Of a stretch of 64,000 nt of DNA, positions 58,394 to 64,000 are shown piece by piece. Positions within the stretch are counted from its first letter, which is position 1, and every line of letters starts with the position of its first letter. Origin of the DNA: Podospora anserina (lineage: Eukaryota). Both the position numbers and the translations under genes were made by a program. The stretch spans positions 434,001 to 498,000 of the forward strand of contig CM030332.1 in assembly GCA_017654855.1 (NCBI GenBank), read 5' to 3'. The notes beneath the pieces were generated by a model that was not told the DNA's origin, searched no databases, and was given only the letters and a program-made list of their open reading frames with translations.

Positions 58394-58914
58394 ACCTGTG
58401 GAGGATAGGTCGGGAAATCGATGATAAGAAGCGGCAACAGCTGGGGGTGTTCACTATCGGTAGATCAGGACCGTTGCGATCATGGAATGGGCGGCGCTTT
58501 AAGGAAATAGCGACTCTCTCTGCTCTCCTTGTGCGTTATTAGGACTTGGAAATTTGGTATAGTTTCCTTTCTGTTGGAATTGGGGTAACATCAAAGGTAC
58601 CATGCAGCCGTTGATGGCTCTCCAAATGTGTACACAAAAATAGTATTATACCAGCCTTGCTACCAAGGCCAGAAAAACATTCTAAACATTGCCAAAGCAA
58701 CGTCCACTGCCAACTCCGTCGCTTGCATTTCGTGATATATCCGTTGAGGTGATGTCCATCACATGTTAAAAGCTGCCGTGCTGTGTTCCCATGTCTTCCC
58801 GCCCTGTCCCATTTGTTTACCAGTACGCCGAACCCCCATTTTCGTTCACCAAAAAAAAAAGATATCCCAACCCAGCTCAAAAAATCACAGTCTTGTAGCC
58901 ATCTTCCGGGGCTG

Positions 58915-59645
58915 CTATTGCAAATCGGGAAAAGTTCTCAAAAAGTGACTCGGGCATTCGTACCCGTACGGGTTCTTGGTGAGATACTCTTGGTGGTAAT
59001 CCTCAGCGTCCCACCACTTTTGCGCGGGGAGGATCTCGGTGACGATCTTGTTGTTCCACCACTGCTCGTTTGCTTTTTTTGTCATCTCCCTCGCGGTTTT
59101 CTCCTGCTCGGCGTCGTGGTAGAAGATCCCCGAGCGGTACTGGGACCCCCTGTCGGGGCCCTGCTGGTTGGACGTGGTGGGGTCGTGCATCCGGTAGAAG
59201 AAGGTGAGGAGGTCGGTGTAGGAGATTTTGGTGGGGTCGTAGACTAGGAGGGTGGCTTCGGCGTCTGTTGGGAATCGGGGGGAGGTTAGATTGTGGGGAT
59301 TTTGAGGGAAAGAGAGATGGGGAGGGGAAACATACGGCCTGTGTTGCCGCTGCAGACGGCGCGGTAGGAAGGGTCTTGGGTGTTACCGCCGATGTAGCCT
59401 ACTCGGGCGTCGTAGAGGCCTTTGGAGCCGAAATGCTTGCGGTACATGTGCTCGACGCCCCAGAAGCAGCCGGCCGCGACGGTTGCGCGGGCGGCGCCCT
59501 CGGGGTATTCCTTTTGGGTGGCGGCGGAGGCGGAGGCGGAGGTGCCCATTTTCTTGAGGAGGGAGTGGGTGTTTGGGGATTTGGCGATGGCGGCTCGTGA
59601 GAAGGGGGTGAAGAGCTTGGTGAGGATGAAGGGGCAGGTTGACAT
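58915..59645 (-). CDS. msrA: Peptide methionine sulfoxide reductase MsrA
   Basis: AAGCFWGVE, VGYIGG, CSGNTGHAE (joined across intron 59265-59335), HDPTT...QGPDRGSQYRS, AEDYHQEYLTKNP. Confidence 0.96.
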
Positions 59646-60388
59646 GGACAGAGTTACGGCAAGCAGCGAAGCTATGAGGGGAGGGGATGTGATTGATTTA
59701 TTATAATGATGTAGCTCTCGCGATGCGATTGTTGCAATGGGAGCTAGGATGTGGTGGATCGTGGGCCCTGGAAAGGGTGGAGTTCCCGCGATTGCGACAG
59801 AATGGATGTGGGATTGCGAAATGCGAATGAGGGTCTGGAGCAGCTACCGAGAGAGATTTATTGACGATGTTTTCCGGGATGTCAAATGAGGAAGGGGAGG
59901 AAGGATGGGATGAGTCAACTCTTCGAGAATCTGGAGCGGGGGAAAAGTGAGGATAAAGAATTGGCCGGTGGGAACTGTCAGCATTCATATGCTTTTGGTG
60001 ACAAAAACTGTCATCGAAGCAGTGATTCCAAAGCTCTGCTGAAGCTCTTTGCGATCGTGACGTCGCGCTGCCGGGATTCGCAGATTCGGCGCGGGGCAAA
60101 ACCACAAGGGGCGACATGGGATTCCAAATCAATGAAGGGTATTTGACAATGCAGGGTTAGGGTTCATATCGATATGATGGAAAAGGAGTGACCCCTGAAT
60201 CCAAGTCAAACGTGTTTCTCACTCGTTAGGAGGATTCCCGTGGCTCCGAGAGGCCCAAGTTACAAATTTCGACAAGAATAAGAGTTTAAAAAGATAGCCA
60301 ATATGCCTTTTGAGATAATCAATACGTCGTTGAAAGTAAGATACCGACGTCACCTTTTCGCTCGAAGAATCAAGGTCACCGATGTACC

Positions 60389-62250
60389 TTATTCGCTAAG
60401 ACATTGGTTTCCAACCTCTAGCTCTTTGAGTAGATGAGCATCAAAGGCCCTCTTGACACCAACTATTCCAGGACCGTGGTCAGTATGTATCGATGGATGG
60501 AGTGGGTATTCTTCACTCACAAATATTGTAGTAGAACAACTTCCCCAGAATGGTCGCCCATACCATGGAGGCAACAACCTGTCCATAGCTCCATTGATTC
60601 CATGCGGATATGCCCAATTCCTCAGCGATATTGCGGAGTGTCCAGACATGAATGGCCAAGTTCACCATCACCAAGAACTCAACAAAACCCCAGAGGAGCC
60701 GCACTATTCTTCCAGTGCGCCGTAAACGACGTGCGTTTACAAAACTACTAACCCATCGAGGGATCCTGCTTTTCTCAACATGCAGTAGGTTTTGATTAAG
60801 AACTAGAATCATGACTACTGGATAGATATGCGCTCTTCTGGCACTCCGAAAAGAAGGCGGGATCAACTCGGGAATTGAGGCCAAACAGAACGCCTGCAAT
60901 GAAGGATTGTTGCCACACTGTTGGACTTTTTCTGTAGCACGGAGATGGCACCCGACTGTCTCCATTGTTGGGGAAAGGCTTTCCAGATTATCGATGACCA
61001 CCGCAAGAATGCAGTTGCCGAGGGTGAGGGCCAATGTATACCACCTGAAAAATGCCTGGTCAGCTGACAGAATCTCTTGTAAATGTCGAAACAAAGTCTT
61101 ACCATCCCATCCCCACTCGCTGAAGAAGAGATTGCATCAGAAGTACAGGCAACACGCTATTGACTGCTAGAACCTGCACCAGTTGCGAGTTCATGATGGA
61201 TTCGCTGATCGATGATAATGTGTCGAGAGTTGAGCAGGATGAGCCGCAAGTTGTTTTGAAGGTTACGAGAGTGGCAATTTGAATCGCTGCTGTGAAGAAG
61301 GATTGTGCCTCTTGGAACTCTATGGCTGCTGATAGTATAGAAGTATTGGCTGCAGACTGTCGAAGTGTTTGTTGATGTTGAAGGGCGCTTTCAAAAGTGC
61401 CATGGCCCGATGTACTAATAACCATTAGCACTGGATATGTCCAGGAATTCAAGATGTTCATCAACCCGTATGCTACCAAGACCATTAGGGTTTGAGCAAT
61501 ATGAGAGAACAAAACCTATACCTCATTGACACTCATATTAGTTGGCTTGTTCAAGAGAACCAGGAGTCGTCGACTTACGCCAGGTCCAGCAACATCAGCG
61601 TTGACAGTCACATCTGTGCCATCACAGTAACTTGTCAATGCGGATTGTAGCCCAAGAAGAGAGTACGAGCTGTCAAAACCGACTCGCTGCAAATTCAAAA
61701 GGTCCGGGGAACAGTTGCCGAGTAGCCCGTCGTGTGCCTGGCAAGACGCTACAGCGCACTGCAGTACTGAACCCAGGACGGAAGATCCATTCCAATCTCG
61801 AATGTTGTTCACTCCATATGCTCTGAGCTCTGCCATGTCATCCGAGTCCAGCGGCCAGGCTAGACTGCCGCTCCGGATGAGAACTTCCGCAGAGGCAAGA
61901 GTAACGCAGTTGGCGAGAGTACTGGTGGACGCAGACCTGCTATCAGGATCCATACAGGTAGAGGTGCAATTTGGCTCTTGGTTGAACCCAATCCGGCATC
62001 CGGATTTCAATAGCTTCAGAGCAGGTTTTCCATCCGCATATTGATATTGGCGCCGATTTTGGGCGTTATGATCGGAGGAGTTTGAAGTGAATTCAATGAA
62101 GCGGAAAAGACGCTTGATGCCTGAAACCACTAAAGAAAGTGGAATCAGATCGGTCTCATCATGGCCTTGCATATTTTCACGATTGATGGTAAAAAGAAGC
62201 CGCTCAGGGTTTGCTGACAGGTCAGTTCCTGAGTCCCAGCTCTTTGCCAT
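60389..62250 (-). CDS. Multi-pass membrane protein with Cys-rich N-terminal region (uncharacterised), 4 exons
   Basis: Introns 61516-61578, 61045-61102 and 60463-60520 join four ORF pieces in phase: NADVAGPG|VLFSHIAQ, AIEFQEAQSFFTAAIQIA, GW|WYTL, CGNNPSLQAFC, WSYGQVVASMVW, YYNIF|GV. The start codon is uncertain. Confidence 0.72.
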
Positions 62251-62725
62251 GGTTGACGGGCGGAATTCACTGACAGTAGACGAGCAGGAGAAGGGATGGC
62301 AGCCTGGTAGAATGGAATAACTCTTTATTCATGGGCTTTATTGGGCCGGTATTTGTATCTGGTGTTGTTTGCTGAGGATAAGTGAAACTGCCTCACTTAT
62401 CCGGGCCTCACTCATCAAGGTGCAGGATCAGGGCGAGGACCCCAAATTCCCCGAATGTAACCCACTTGTAATATAGGTTATCGTGGAATGATTTCAGCCC
62501 CCAACTATCACTGCATGCCCTGTAACCTTCTCTTTCGACCTCTACTGACCGAAATGGCATCTTCGTTGCTCACAGTGTTTCGAGGCTAGCTTGTCAAACC
62601 AGACAAATACCTTAGGTAGTGTTGTCCGCCTTCGGAGGTAAACTGATCGTTGTACCTCACCTAACCTTGGCCCTTTTTGTGCTGCTATCATTCTCAGAGT
62701 CTTCCAGGCTTGGGGATATTCACCT

Positions 62726-63801
62726 TCATGTCCTGCCCGACACCCATAGCCTCCAGACCACCTTTTTCACCATCGACATTTTCCTCTGCGTTGCCCTCAT
62801 CCTTGGCTTCCATTCGACAAAAGTGCGGCTCTCATCGATCCGCTTCTCATAAGCCTGAGCCAATTCGTCCAGGGCTTGCTCTTTAGCGGCCTTTCTCTCC
62901 TCTTCCAACTCCGTCTTCGTCTTCAGTTTCACGCGCCTGTCTATAGACCACCTCCATTCATGGGTCTTGATGAAAATCTCCTTTCTGAGCTCCTCGTTGG
63001 CGGGATCTATGAAATCAGTCCTACTGTATGACTTTCGGTTCTCGTAGAAGAAATTGCTGAGGCATGTAGGGCAGCTGAACACATGCATGGTGTGCCCGTG
63101 ATCATTTTCGGCCTCATCTGTAGTTTGGGCCCAGAACCAAGATTCATCAGTCTCCCATTCCGTGTTGTAAAAGCCGCTGTCGCCGTCCTCGTCGCCGTCA
63201 TCGTAGTTGCCAATCCACCTTCAGATCGAATCTCTACGACGGCCCGCGGATACAAGTGGGGGACCTCGTAAAGAATAGGTCCTTCGCTGCAAGTAATCTG
63301 TTAACAACTCTCATTTTTCCGCTGGGGATTAACAAATATACTCACCGCCTGGCAAACTTTACCGGCCTCTGCGCATGGAACGCAAGTGTACTGGACCTCT
63401 GCGGTGTCGAGATCATTCGGGCACTCTAGAACAGTCCCTGTCTGGGCCAGGCGATAGACACATTCTAGACAAGGGGCTCTTGTCATTTGACCATCAATTT
63501 GATGATGAGGTCGAGTCATTCCTTTGGTGAGAGTAACGCTTTCAGAAAGGCTCACAATGACATCGCCATCTTCCTCGACATCGTCGCTGGGTCTGCCGGA
63601 GTCCTTGCCTTCTTTCTGCATTTGTCAAGAGACATTTAGCATAAACAAAGTTTAACACACCTTTCTTTTGTAATTTGATCTGGGAAAAACAGGCGGAGAG
63701 TCCCTGCGGGCTCACTTTCCAAGCAGCGACTCCGACTGCAACTCCGCTTTCACCAGGTCACGATTCCTCTGTTTCTGCTTGGTCTGCACTGTGCGAGCCA
63801 T
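62726..63801 (-). pseudogene. Probable disrupted gene with a Cys6 cluster and coiled-coil C-terminus
   Basis: Protein-like segments (MARTVQTKQK; CLEC...C...CVPCAEAGKVC; acidic linker; CPTC; K/E coil) are flanked by GTGAG donors and CAG acceptors, but cannot be joined without a frameshift and a stop or second shift. Confidence 0.45.
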
Positions 63802-64000
63802 TGGAGACTGTGGTCTTGTTGCTGAAGGATGTAAGGAGAAACTAGCCAGGTGGTGGCAGAAGTCGATTTGGCAAATTCTACGGAAAACAGCCAAGAGAGG
63901 TTGAGGAATTTGGTGAAAAATAGTTTGAAAAGTCAATGATCAAACGTGGGGTGGTCCCAGAAGCTGCCTGGCTAACAAACAGCTTCACAAAAGGAAAGAG

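Overview
Eukaryotic DNA from a filamentous ascomycete, shown by short GT...CTRAC...YAG spliceosomal introns, HET-domain and NB-ARC/TPR genes, a Zn2Cys6 factor and an intron-containing tRNA. A Sordariomycete (Podospora-like) origin is an inference from gene content. About 20 intact protein genes can be assembled by hand, several only after splicing that the ORF track misses. The first ~10 kb is an accessory, decaying island: a HET pseudogene, an intact glycine-zipper/CVNH-LysM gene, an internally deleted NLR and a broken beta-lactamase-like gene. The rest is mostly core-type genes: AKR, kinase, Bim1/X325-like GPI protein, GST, Zn2Cys6 TF, Nudix, MFS, tRNA-Arg, cNMP-F-box-LRR, GHITM/Bax inhibitor and MsrA. 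The strongest candidate for a new system is at 37.1-41.1 kb. There a small secreted, GPI-type His/Asp-rich protein with two PSPTESxGCxxHxDHWxCxG repeats is divergently paired with a ZrfC/Zrt1-type ZIP zinc transporter carrying five extracellular CHxH-x5-C motifs. Their shared promoter holds four ACCTTGAYGG (ZafA/Zap1-like) elements and several PacC-type sites. The layout mirrors the Pra1/Aspf2 zincophore locus, but the partner is unrelated to Pra1. All calls come from manual reading; no database searches were run.
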